A DNA stretch of 64,000 nucleotides from NCBI GenBank assembly GCA_018649885.1, contig JABIHA010000087.1:1-64000 (forward strand), read 5' to 3'. Under the pieces are notes generated by a model. The model had not been told where the DNA came from. It saw only the letters and a program-made list of their open reading frames with translations, and made no database searches. Of this stretch, positions 29,355 through 38,431 are shown piece by piece. Source of the DNA: Bacteriovoracaceae bacterium. GTDB lineage: Bacteria; Bdellovibrionota; Bacteriovoracia; Bacteriovoracales; Bacteriovoracaceae. Numbering within the stretch: position 1 is the stretch's first letter; each line of letters starts with the position of its first letter. The position numbers and the translations under genes were made by a program.

Positions 29355-30131
29355 TTAGCTATTGCTAAATTTTGGACTTCTTTTTTCAAGAAAGGACTCT
29401 ATGCCCTCATTGGCATCAGATAAACTCATCAACTCTTCGAGGTAGAGCTTTTCAAGTTTAGAAATTGAGCTGTGATACCTTTCACTTAAAACGAGCCTTG
29501 AAGCTTTTGTAGCAACTCTTAGGCTCGAAGCACTTTTAGGAAGAATTTCTTTAACAATAAATTCTTCTATGACTCCGTCAAGTTCTTCATCTGCGCTTAC
29601 CGAGTTCACAAACCCACTACATTTGAGCGCCTTGGCAGTCACGGTCTTACCCGTAAGGATTAATTCTTGTGCGATTGTATCAGTTAGAAGTGTGGACAAA
29701 AGAGCACAGGCCACTGGAGGAAATACCCCGAGCGTAATTTCTGGGACTCCAAATTTGGCACCTTTACTTGCAAAAATAAAATGAGAGGCCATGGCCACTT
29801 CAAATCCACCACCAAGACACTGTCCCCTAACCTTTGAAAGGATTGGAATAGGAAAATCAATCAGCCTTGCAATAGTTTTATGAAACTCGGGAAGCATTGC
29901 CCCTACTCTATCTTTTGTATGCTCTTCTACTGAAGCCCCAAAGCTAAAGTGCTTTCCAGATCCACAAAGGATAACGAGTTTTACATCTTTTTGACTTTCT
30001 ATTTCTTTCAGAGCACTTGTAAGTTGCCCCATCAAGTTTTGAGAAATAATATTGGCGGGTGCCGGGCCAAGCGTGATCTGTGCGACTTGCCCTTCATGAG
30101 TTGAGTTTACTTCTATATATTGGTCTGCCAT
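29355..30131 (-). CDS. dch: Cyclohexa-1,5-diene-1-carbonyl-CoA hydratase
   Basis: Motifs PANI, HFSFGASVEEH, GQCLGGG, PEITLGVFPP and LEKLYLEELM..DANEG. Confidence 0.88.
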   Translation of the reverse strand: MADQYIEVNSTHEGQVAQITLGPAPANIISQNLMGQLTSALKEIESQKDVKLVILCGSGKHFSFGASVEEHTKDRVGAMLPEFHKTIARLIDFPIPILSKVRGQCLGGGFEVAMASHFIFASKGAKFGVPEITLGVFPPVACALLSTLLTDTIAQELILTGKTVTAKALKCSGFVNSVSADEELDGVIEEFIVKEILPKSASSLRVATKASRLVLSERYHSSISKLEKLYLEELMSLSDANEGIESFLEKRSPKFSNS

Positions 30132-30141
30132 AAATAATCCT

Positions 30142-31221
30142 TTATTTTTTGGGCAAAATATCCTCTGTTAGCTGATCACTCCAAGGAGTTGCATTTGCCA
30201 GCTCACGTCTGAGTTTTAAGAAATCCACCTCTCGGTTTGCCTTGGTTCCCTCATTGAAAGCTCTAAATCCGGCGCGTGCCTCAGTCATCATATTAAGCGC
30301 TAGCCATGAACGGTTGGTTTCAGAATTTTGCTGCCAGTGCTCTAGTTTTTTCTTTCTGAGAGATTCCATAGTTTTTGAAAGGCAATCGGGCATAGTCATT
30401 GAAAATGAGTAGGCCAATTGATTAACTTCACGGTCAAGAAGCGAAAGATCTGTTTCACACTCAGCCGCAACCTTTTTCGCCGCCTCTTTTTCATCACCAG
30501 TTTTAAAACTACCAAAGCTATGATTTCCCCAACTATCTACTGGGTTTAGGCTGACAAATGGATTTGAAATAAATTCACCATTTTTATTTTTAAGAACGGG
30601 AACTACTTTATTAATAAGACCTACTGACTGTGCCATGTGGGCAGACCAGTGCTCACAAAGAGTGCAAGATTCCATTGCCAGTGTAAAGCCTGTGTATAGA
30701 TGCAAGAAATCCGTTGAACCTCCATCTGGAGCTGAGCCATGTTTAGGTCCTGCCTGACCAAACCTTGCAGTGTCAGAGCTGAGTGTAAAGTCACAGGCCA
30801 TTCCAATTTCTTGTCCACCACCAATTCTCATTCCATTGACTCTATTGATCACTGGTTTATCGCAAAGAAGTATAGAGGTAACCATATCGTTAAAAAGCCT
30901 CATGTACTGCTTGTACTCTTGTGGGTTACCAGCATAATACTCAGCATATTCCTTTGTATTGCCTCCGGTACAAAAAGCTTTATCACCTACGGCCGAAAAG
31001 ATTACTGCGACAGTAGATCTATCAACGGAGGCCTGCCGGAAGGCCAGAATGATTTCTTTAACAGCTTTAGTTGTATAAGAGTTGTACTGAGCAGGATTGT
31101 TGAGCATGATCCAAAAATTGTAGAGCCCTTCAACATTGTTGCCATTTTTGTCTAAGAGGCTTCTCTTTTCTACTATAATATCCGTATACTCATAATCAGA
31201 AATAAGATGGTGGTCCTTCAC
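30142..31221 (-). CDS. oah: 6-oxocyclohex-1-ene-1-carbonyl-CoA hydrolase (ring-opening)
   Basis: Motifs NPAQYNSYTT, CTGGNTKEYAEYYAGNPQEY, RIGGGQEIGMACD and WLALNMMTEA. Confidence 0.95.
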   Translation of the reverse strand: MKDHHLISDYEYTDIIVEKRSLLDKNGNNVEGLYNFWIMLNNPAQYNSYTTKAVKEIILAFRQASVDRSTVAVIFSAVGDKAFCTGGNTKEYAEYYAGNPQEYKQYMRLFNDMVTSILLCDKPVINRVNGMRIGGGQEIGMACDFTLSSDTARFGQAGPKHGSAPDGGSTDFLHLYTGFTLAMESCTLCEHWSAHMAQSVGLINKVVPVLKNKNGEFISNPFVSLNPVDSWGNHSFGSFKTGDEKEAAKKVAAECETDLSLLDREVNQLAYSFSMTMPDCLSKTMESLRKKKLEHWQQNSETNRSWLALNMMTEARAGFRAFNEGTKANREVDFLKLRRELANATPWSDQLTEDILPKK

Positions 31222-31238
31222 TACATAACTCCTAAATT

Positions 31239-32300
31239 TCAGGGAACAAATATCGCCCGTTTTTCTAATTTGTGCTCTAAGCTGAGAGCAATGACTTCAT
31301 TAATTTTATCAAGAGGAAAAATCTCAATATTTTCTTTTAATTTAATTTCACCAGACAAAACACCTTTTACGACATCGGGATAATACTTGGGACTACAACC
31401 CCAGTTCCCAAATAAATCACCGTCAAAGGCCATGAGGTTACTAAGCCTGAGCTCCAGCTTGTCCATGGTAAACCCAATGATTCCTACAACCCCTGCAAAT
31501 GATAACAAGGAAAATGCTGACATTTGTCCAGCACCTGTACCACTGGTTTCGAATACTTTCCAACCAAAGTTAGGAAGAGAATTTTCTTTTACGATTTCTC
31601 TTACCTTTTTCTTAAGATCTCTTGGAGCGAGCCCTTTAACATTAATAGCAAAGCTAGCACCAAACATTTTGGCAGACTCAAGTTTTTGATCACTGACATC
31701 ACATGCAATGACTGTGGCACCTATATTTTTTAGGTGTTGAACCATATAGATGCCAATTCCACCTGTTCCCAACACAATCGCTAAATCTCCCTTCTTTGCT
31801 TTGCTTCTTTTTAAAGACTGATAGGGAGTGGTGATGGCATCAGCTACCACTGACAATTCTTCTAATTTAAATTCGCCAAGTTCTTCAGCAACAACACACA
31901 GAAATCTTCCTGGAACTTTTATATGAGAAGCAAAGCCTCCATGAAAATCGTTGCCGGGCATTTTTTGGTTCTGACAAATATTGTCTCTGCCAGCAAGACA
32001 TAGCTCACAGTCTCCGCAAGGAAGCACAGCGGGAATAATCACTTTCTTATCAATTAAGTTTTCCATCTCACTACAGGCGGAGACAACTACACCACTAATT
32101 TCATGACCTAGTACCAGAGGTGTTTGCATTTTAGTGCCAACAGCACCCGTATAAAAACTGAGATCAGTATGACAAAGGCCACAGCCGTGAACCTTAACAA
32201 TAACTTCTCCACTTTCAGGGGGCGTAATCTCAAACTCTTTTCTACTCAGAGCTTGACCGACGTCAGTAAAAAAGTATCCGTAGGCGTTGAGCTTATTCAC
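31239..32300 (-). CDS. had: 6-hydroxycyclohex-1-ene-1-carbonyl-CoA dehydrogenase
   Basis: Zn-ADH motifs CGLCHTD and GHE; QKMPGND; RLSNLMAFD..GNWGC. Confidence 0.93.
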   Translation of the reverse strand: MNKLNAYGYFFTDVGQALSRKEFEITPPESGEVIVKVHGCGLCHTDLSFYTGAVGTKMQTPLVLGHEISGVVVSACSEMENLIDKKVIIPAVLPCGDCELCLAGRDNICQNQKMPGNDFHGGFASHIKVPGRFLCVVAEELGEFKLEELSVVADAITTPYQSLKRSKAKKGDLAIVLGTGGIGIYMVQHLKNIGATVIACDVSDQKLESAKMFGASFAINVKGLAPRDLKKKVREIVKENSLPNFGWKVFETSGTGAGQMSAFSLLSFAGVVGIIGFTMDKLELRLSNLMAFDGDLFGNWGCSPKYYPDVVKGVLSGEIKLKENIEIFPLDKINEVIALSLEHKLEKRAIFVP

Positions 32301-32481
32301 GTATTTCTCTCCTAAAATGCTTTGCTAGGAAACATAGCAAATTTTTTTCTTTAAAACCCTAATGCTCATTAGGTTATTGCCACAAAACAAGGCTTCAAAT
32401 TTCTAGCAAAATTTCGCAAACTTTTTCTGTATTGAGAGCAATTACTTTATCCAGAATTTACTTAAAACTAAGACATTAAAT

Positions 32482-32510
32482 TTGACGTAAGAGCGTATCG
32501 TTTTTAACCT
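32482..32510 (+). promoter_or_regulatory. Candidate sigma70 promoter
   Basis: TTGACG-N17-TAACCT, about 24 nt before ATG 32534. Confidence 0.5.
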
Positions 32511-32533
32511 GATGCTTTAAAACGGGAATTCTT

Positions 32534-33754
32534 ATGTCTATGAAAATCGAGTCTACGAAAATATTAAAAAAAATGACTACTGAGTACTTCCAGTCTTTTT
32601 TTCCAAAAGAGGGCAAGCGCCCTCTCACAGCATGGTGTTCCAGCATCGGCCCCTCAGAAATTTTAACTGCTATGGGTTTTCAGGTGTACTACCCAGAAAA
32701 TCATGGTGCTCTTCTGGGTGCAACGCGTACTAGTAATGATCATATCCCCAAGGCCCATTCCATTGGATACCATCCCGACATATGCTCCTATTTAAGTTCT
32801 GATATAGGTGCTTATTTAAATGGACAAACTCCGCTGACAAAAACTTATGGAATTCCAGAAATTCCAAAACCTGACCTCTTGGTTTACTCAACTAACCAGT
32901 GCCGCGAGGTCCAAGATTGGTTTGGCTTCTATGAAAAAGAGTTCGGGGCCAAAATGATCGGCATTAGCTCTCCTTGGAAGTTGGGAGTCATGGGGAGTGA
33001 AGAAGTCACCTACGTAAAAAACCAATTAAAGGAAATGATAAAAACTATTGAAGATCACTTTAAGCTAAAGCTTGACCCTCAAAAATTAAAAGAGGTTGTG
33101 GGTCTCTCAGCTGAGTCTTCAAAGTTATGGAAAACCTTTTTGAGAAAGGCCAAGTCAACGCCAGCCCCTTTTTCATTTTTTGATGGCTGCATTCAAATGG
33201 CGCCAGCAGTGGTACTGAGGGGAAGAGCTGATGCGGTGGAATACTACAAAACTCTTAATGGGGAAGTCGATCAGTACTTAGCTACAAATCCCCCCTCCAC
33301 AAAACCTGAGTTTAGACTCTACTGGGATGGCATGCCAATCTGGGGAAAGCTTCGCTTTTTTTCAGATTTGTTCAAAGAGAACAATACAACAGTCGTGGGC
33401 TCCACATATTGTGATTCTTGGATTTTTGACTGCCTAGATGGAGACAACCCCCTTGAGAGCATGGCCATGGCCTACACTCGAATTTTTATTAATCGAAGTG
33501 AAGAAATTAAAGAGGCCACACTAAAAAATATGTATGAAGAATATGATTGTGATGGAATGATTTTTCACGACTCGAAAACTTGTCCCTACAATTCCAATAA
33601 CCGTTTTTGTTTACCACAGAGATTAAGTGATAAATTTAATATCCCCAATTTGGTTATAGACGGAGATCTCAATGATCTTCGTTGTTTTTCTGAAGAACAA
33701 ACCGTAACTGCAGTTGAATCATTTTTAGAGCAGCTAAGGATTGATAAACTATGA
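32534..33754 (+). CDS. 2-hydroxyacyl-CoA dehydratase / class I benzoyl-CoA reductase B-type subunit
   Basis: Motifs YPENH, DICSY, TNQC and FHDSKTC (three Fe-S Cys), plus IDGD and the C-terminal ESFLE; HGD-D family. Confidence 0.88.
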   Translation: MSMKIESTKILKKMTTEYFQSFFPKEGKRPLTAWCSSIGPSEILTAMGFQVYYPENHGALLGATRTSNDHIPKAHSIGYHPDICSYLSSDIGAYLNGQTPLTKTYGIPEIPKPDLLVYSTNQCREVQDWFGFYEKEFGAKMIGISSPWKLGVMGSEEVTYVKNQLKEMIKTIEDHFKLKLDPQKLKEVVGLSAESSKLWKTFLRKAKSTPAPFSFFDGCIQMAPAVVLRGRADAVEYYKTLNGEVDQYLATNPPSTKPEFRLYWDGMPIWGKLRFFSDLFKENNTTVVGSTYCDSWIFDCLDGDNPLESMAMAYTRIFINRSEEIKEATLKNMYEEYDCDGMIFHDSKTCPYNSNNRFCLPQRLSDKFNIPNLVIDGDLNDLRCFSEEQTVTAVESFLEQLRIDKL

Positions 33755-34539
33755 GTGAGTACTTTTTTGGCATTGATATTGGATCATCCTACACTAAGGC
33801 CTGTATCTTAGATGCAAATAGAAAAGTATTAGCACAAAGGACAATTAAAACTGGCATTAGCTTCGAAAATGCCTGCGAAAAAGTAAAAGAGCTAGTTGTC
33901 AGTGACTTGAAAATATCTGGTGATCAATTAACAAAATCTGTATCTACAGGAGTGGGAAGGAAAAATGTTGCCTTTGCCCAGTTCAATAAGCCTGAATTAA
34001 ATTGCATCTCAAAGGCCTGTTACTTTTATTTCCCCCAGGCCTCAACCATTATTGATATTGGAGGCCAAGATAATAAACTTATTATTGTGGCCGCTGACGG
34101 AAAGCAAAAATCTTTTAAAATGAATCGGAAGTGTGCCTCTGGCACTGGAAGCTTTTTGGAAGAGATGTCATTAAAGCTCGATTTGGGACTAACCGAGATG
34201 AATGAAAGGGCCCGAAGTGTGAAAGATAGTGTCAAAGTTAGTAGCTTTTGCACAGTCTTTGCTGCTACTGAGATCATCCACCATATAAGAAATAATAGTG
34301 ATACCAACCAAATTATCCGCGGGGTTTTCGAATCAGTGATCAAAAGAGTTTTTGAAATGGGAGACCTGAGTGGCACTATTATCCTCTCCGGAGGCACCAT
34401 TGAGAAAAATCCCATGCTGATCCAAATATTTGGTGAAAAATTAAACTCTCCCCCACTCGTTCCACCAGCGCCACAAATGATTGGTGCCATTGGGGCTGCT
34501 CTTTACGGTGTGGATGAATTTGAAAAGGAGAATGCATAG
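33751..34539 (+). CDS. ATP-dependent activase (HgdC/FldI/BcrAD-BadFG family)
   Basis: Motifs GIDIGSSYTK, IDIGGQDNK, MNRKCASGTG, SSFCTVFA and GAIGAA. Confidence 0.92.
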   Translation: MSEYFFGIDIGSSYTKACILDANRKVLAQRTIKTGISFENACEKVKELVVSDLKISGDQLTKSVSTGVGRKNVAFAQFNKPELNCISKACYFYFPQASTIIDIGGQDNKLIIVAADGKQKSFKMNRKCASGTGSFLEEMSLKLDLGLTEMNERARSVKDSVKVSSFCTVFAATEIIHHIRNNSDTNQIIRGVFESVIKRVFEMGDLSGTIILSGGTIEKNPMLIQIFGEKLNSPPLVPPAPQMIGAIGAALYGVDEFEKENA

Positions 34540-35498
34540 TGAGCTCAAATGAAAGACCCATTGGTTTTATAGGTGCAGGAGTCGTAGGCTCAATTTTTGC
34601 AAGTGCCCTTAGTAAAAATACTGATAGAGATATTGTAGTGGTTGACAATGGTCCGAGATTTGAGCAAATCAAATCCGGTGGACTAAAAACAAAGGGAGTA
34701 CTTGAGTTAGATGGGGGCACCCCAAAGCTTTTTAACTCTTTGGATGCTTTTTCTGAATTTAATCTTCACTCTCTATTTATCTCCACAAAGAGCAGCTCCC
34801 TTAAGTTTCTTCTTCCCGCACTAAAGGATAAAGTCAAAAAAGACACAATCCTCATTAGCTTGCAAAATGGACTTGAAACAGAGGACACCATAAAGGAATA
34901 TTTTCCGGACAACCCCATTGGAAGAGTTGTCATTAATCTCGCCGGCAGAGTTGATGAACAAAGTGGTGAAATAGAAGTGGCATGGTTTAATCCCCCCAAC
35001 TATATAGGACTTTTGGATGATGCAAATGAGACGCGGCTTGGTAGTATTCTAGAAGATTTAAATTCTAATGGACTGACTACTAAATTTGTCTCAAGTTTTG
35101 AAATCAAAAAACAATCCTTTCACAAAAATATGTTAAATGCTTCACTTAATCCCATGTGTGGGCTTCTCTCCCTTACAATGAATGATGCCATGACCTTCGA
35201 CGCCTCTAGATCAATCGCCAGAGGACTACTAAAAGAAGGTCTTGCAGTGGGAAAAGAGCTAGGTTTTGATTACGGCGAAGGGATCTTAGAAAAGCTACTT
35301 GCCTATCTAGATGGCGGTGGGAATCACTACCCCTCTATGTGGAGTGATCTGCAAGCCGGGCGCATGAGTGAAATAGAATATATCAATGGAAAAATTGTTG
35401 AAAATGCTAAACGATTAGGAGTGGAAACTCCCTATAATGAACTTTTAACAATGATGGTTATGGCCTGTGAATCAAAAGCTGGCAGCCGAAAAGCTTAG
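34539..35498 (+). CDS. Ketopantoate reductase (PanE/ApbA)-family 2-oxoacid reductase
   Basis: Motifs GAGVVG, LQNG, K..LNASLNP, SMWSD and EIEYING. Confidence 0.85.
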   Translation: MSSNERPIGFIGAGVVGSIFASALSKNTDRDIVVVDNGPRFEQIKSGGLKTKGVLELDGGTPKLFNSLDAFSEFNLHSLFISTKSSSLKFLLPALKDKVKKDTILISLQNGLETEDTIKEYFPDNPIGRVVINLAGRVDEQSGEIEVAWFNPPNYIGLLDDANETRLGSILEDLNSNGLTTKFVSSFEIKKQSFHKNMLNASLNPMCGLLSLTMNDAMTFDASRSIARGLLKEGLAVGKELGFDYGEGILEKLLAYLDGGGNHYPSMWSDLQAGRMSEIEYINGKIVENAKRLGVETPYNELLTMMVMACESKAGSRKA

Positions 35499-35529
35499 CT
35501 TTTACGCACTTGAATACTAAGGATTAAAA

Positions 35530-36624
35530 ATGGGTAAGCTAGTCACAGTCTCTATTGAAAGCATTGTCCCCTACAACCCAGGGAAAACCACTGAAGAGCT
35601 CAAAAGTGAGCTAGGACTAGAAAAGATCATTCGGGCCTGTGCCAATGAAACCTTTCTGCCCCCCTCCGAAAAAGCTATTGAAGCTGTTGTGGCCAACTTA
35701 GATCAACTTCCCATTTACCCCGATGGTGGCGCAAGTAATTTGAGAAATAAAATTGCCCAAAAAATGAATGTAGATGCTGATGAAGTGGTTCTTGGAAATG
35801 GCTCAAATGAGCTCATTGAGTTGATTGTCAGAACTTTTGCAAGGCCTGCTGACGAGATCATTACATCTATCCCAAGCTTTGTAGTATACAAGCACATAGC
35901 CCTGGCCCATGGATTAAAAGTCCATGAGCTACCACTTAAAAATCAAAAATTTGATTTGGCCGCCATGAAAGCGAAAATCACACCTCAGAGTCGCTTTATC
36001 TTTATTGCCAATCCCAACAACCCTACTGGCACCTATATTACAAATCGAGAGCTTGAAGAATTTTTAACTGATCTCCCGGAAGATCTTATAGTTGTTTTAG
36101 ATGAGGCCTATATTGAATATGTGGATGCGGATGATTTTCCCAATTCACTCGACTACCGAAATCAGCATCAAAATCTGATCACACTCAGAACTTTTTCAAA
36201 AATTTATGGCCTTGCTGCCCTCAGGGTTGGTTATGCCATTGCACAAAAAAATATCATCAACTATCTTGGTAGAGTCAGGGCCGTTTTCAATGTGAACTCT
36301 CTGGCCCAAGTCGCCGCTGAGGCAGTGCTAGATGACAGGGAGTATATTCAAAATTCAAAAAACCTTTTACTCCAAAATAGAAAACAACTAAGCGAGGGAC
36401 TAAGCTCGCTTGGGCTCACGATCACTCCCAGTCAGGCCAATTTTGTGTTGGTGGATTTAATGGGAGCAGATACCTTAGAAACTCAAAAAGAACTTTTAAA
36501 AAGAGGTGTGTTTGTGGCACCAATGCCCACTTCTTGGCTTCCTCATCACCACCGGGTGAGTGTCTGCAGTTTTGAGGATAATATGGAAATTATTTCAGCC
36601 TATAAAGAAGTCTTAAAACTTTAG
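35530..36624 (+). CDS. hisC: HisC-family PLP aminotransferase (histidinol-phosphate or aromatic amino acid)
   Basis: Motifs YNPGK, GNGSNE, NPNNPTG, DEAY and RTFSKIYGLAALRVGY. Confidence 0.8.
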   Translation: MGKLVTVSIESIVPYNPGKTTEELKSELGLEKIIRACANETFLPPSEKAIEAVVANLDQLPIYPDGGASNLRNKIAQKMNVDADEVVLGNGSNELIELIVRTFARPADEIITSIPSFVVYKHIALAHGLKVHELPLKNQKFDLAAMKAKITPQSRFIFIANPNNPTGTYITNRELEEFLTDLPEDLIVVLDEAYIEYVDADDFPNSLDYRNQHQNLITLRTFSKIYGLAALRVGYAIAQKNIINYLGRVRAVFNVNSLAQVAAEAVLDDREYIQNSKNLLLQNRKQLSEGLSSLGLTITPSQANFVLVDLMGADTLETQKELLKRGVFVAPMPTSWLPHHHRVSVCSFEDNMEIISAYKEVLKL

Positions 36625-36765
36625 ATTCTTTCTTATATCTGGGTGTTGACAAAAAATCATGAAAGTTTTGTAGAATTAGTAGAATGGTTTTAATTGGCTT
36701 TGATATTAGCTCAGTGTTTTAAGAGTGGTATTGACAAGACCACACCCTACCGCCGCTGGAGGTAT

Positions 36766-36930
36766 TCGCGGTTCTGGAAATTTAGTGGTGCCACGAATAT
36801 TTGAAGAGCGCCTTCTATTAGGGTCGCCCATCTAAGGTGCAAACCTTCAGAAAAACATTATTTTATGGATGTTATTCTCTAACTAGATTTAATTTCTGTA
36901 GTAGCAAGTAATTCAAAAAGAGATATGTTT
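36766..36930 (+). repeat. HNH-associated repeat, copy A (diverged; direct orientation relative to B)
   Basis: CGGTTCTGGAAATTTAGTGGTG...GAGCGCCTT...CTAGATTTAATT..GTAG is collinear with copies B and C. Confidence 0.75.
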
Positions 36931-37076
36931 GTACACCAATACCAATTTTGTAGTTTCAACATCGCCATAGGCTGAGGGTTGGTAGCTCTGAAGATAACGA
37001 GAAATTTATTTAATTTCAAAGAACTATTTGAAATTTGGTTTATGCCTTATTTGATTTTTGAAAAAAAATAAAAGTT

Positions 37077-37315
37077 ATGTGGAACCAGTTGTGAAAAGCT
37101 GCTGCTCACGGTGCTGGAAAGTTTAGTGGTGTTTCGAGATTTTGGAAAGCATCTCTTATCAAGGCGGCATTTTTTTAAAAAAAGTAATTTTTTATTGATA
37201 TCTCGCTCCCAGCTGAATTTAATTATCGTGGTAGTTGCTTTTATGAAAAAGGGAAATCGGTTGTTTGGAATTTTTATAATTTTTTGTCTATTTGGTGAAA
37301 AGGTTTTGTGAATTT
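37077..37315 (+). repeat. HNH-associated repeat, copy B (left inverted repeat)
   Basis: 37217-37245 is the exact reverse complement of 38515-38543 (29 bp). 37103-37130 matches 38628-38655 at 26/28 positions. Confidence 0.9.
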
Positions 37316-37475
37316 TCATTCTATTGCGTTTTACATTCGTTCTTTCAGTGAATCCATAATCGCTAACAGCTCCTACCGGATTACCTTTCATGCTTTTTCT
37401 GACTGGACATTTTTTAATCTTTTTATTTAATAAATGTGATTGGAATGGTATGTTACTTCCACCTGGGAGGTCGCT

Positions 37476-38345
37476 TTGTCACTACGGAATTTATCAGATC
37501 AAGGACTTATTGCAGACACTAAAATGTGGAATGAAAAAGAAGAACACTGTACTCGCCAGTTCCTCCGCCACATTAATGAGGTGAATAGACGAAGGCTTTT
37601 TTGTGATGATAAGACGGGCTCACTCTTTAAATATATCCGCAAAAATTTCAATAAAAGTGATAGCGAAACAAGTCGAAGAGTTTTAGCAGCGAAAACACTA
37701 AGGCATGTGCCCTGTGCAGATAAAGCTCTGGCAAACAAACAAGTAACACTTACTAACCTGGCAGAAATCTCAAATTTAGTGGAAAATATTAAAAGTAAAA
37801 AAAAGAAAAATGAAATACTAGGCAGTATAAAAGGGAAGACTCAAATCCAGACAAGAGAGTTTGTGGACGAGTTGACTGGAAAGAAGCGCGCCACTAGATC
37901 TAAAACTCACTCTCACTCAGATGGAAGTATTCGCATTCATCTCACCTTGGTTGGGCAAACGGCAAAAGATTATGATTTTATTAAAGAACAGCTATCTAAC
38001 AATAGAATCTATAAACCAGAAGACATAATAGGACATGCCATTAACCCTAAAGCAGAGTCTATGAGAAAAAGGATTATGGGCATTGGATCAAGAAAATCTA
38101 AAGTAATCACAAATTCTAGAACCATCTCAGCTGCCATCAAAAATGCAGTGATGATAAGGTCGGGCAACAAATGTGAAAACTGTGACTCAAAGTACAACCT
38201 ACACTTTGATCATATCATCCCCCATAGCATGGGGGGAGCATCGGCGATCGGGAACGTGCGCCAGTTATGTTCAAATTGCAATGCAAGAGCCGCTATTGTT
38301 GCACTTTCGCAGACAAAGATGGATTTATTTATAAACCAGAGCTAG
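37476..38345 (+). CDS. HNH endonuclease with a long helical N-terminal region (DUF222-like architecture)
   Basis: C-terminal CENC..DHIIPHSMGG..N..LCSNCN; N-terminal LSD..L..HINEVNRRRL..SLFKY..SRRVLA. TTG start at 37476 after GGGAGG. Confidence 0.9.
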   Translation: MSLRNLSDQGLIADTKMWNEKEEHCTRQFLRHINEVNRRRLFCDDKTGSLFKYIRKNFNKSDSETSRRVLAAKTLRHVPCADKALANKQVTLTNLAEISNLVENIKSKKKKNEILGSIKGKTQIQTREFVDELTGKKRATRSKTHSHSDGSIRIHLTLVGQTAKDYDFIKEQLSNNRIYKPEDIIGHAINPKAESMRKRIMGIGSRKSKVITNSRTISAAIKNAVMIRSGNKCENCDSKYNLHFDHIIPHSMGGASAIGNVRQLCSNCNARAAIVALSQTKMDLFINQS

Positions 38346-38431
38346 AAAGTTCTCAAGTTCCCCTCAACCTTTTGTCTTGCCTACGAATCACTCCCAAGCT
38401 GCGCCAATAATTATCTCCACCAAAGAGACAA

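Noticed and set aside
36646..36676. TTGACA...TAGAAT sigma70-like promoter upstream of repeat copy A
   Set aside because: The spacer is 19 bp, which is too weak to call without TSS data.
37047..37584. ORFs 37047-37391(-), 37111-37311(+) and 37390-37584(+)
   Set aside because: They overlap the non-coding repeat or the HNH start and have no motifs; repeat copies differ by indels, arguing against coding.
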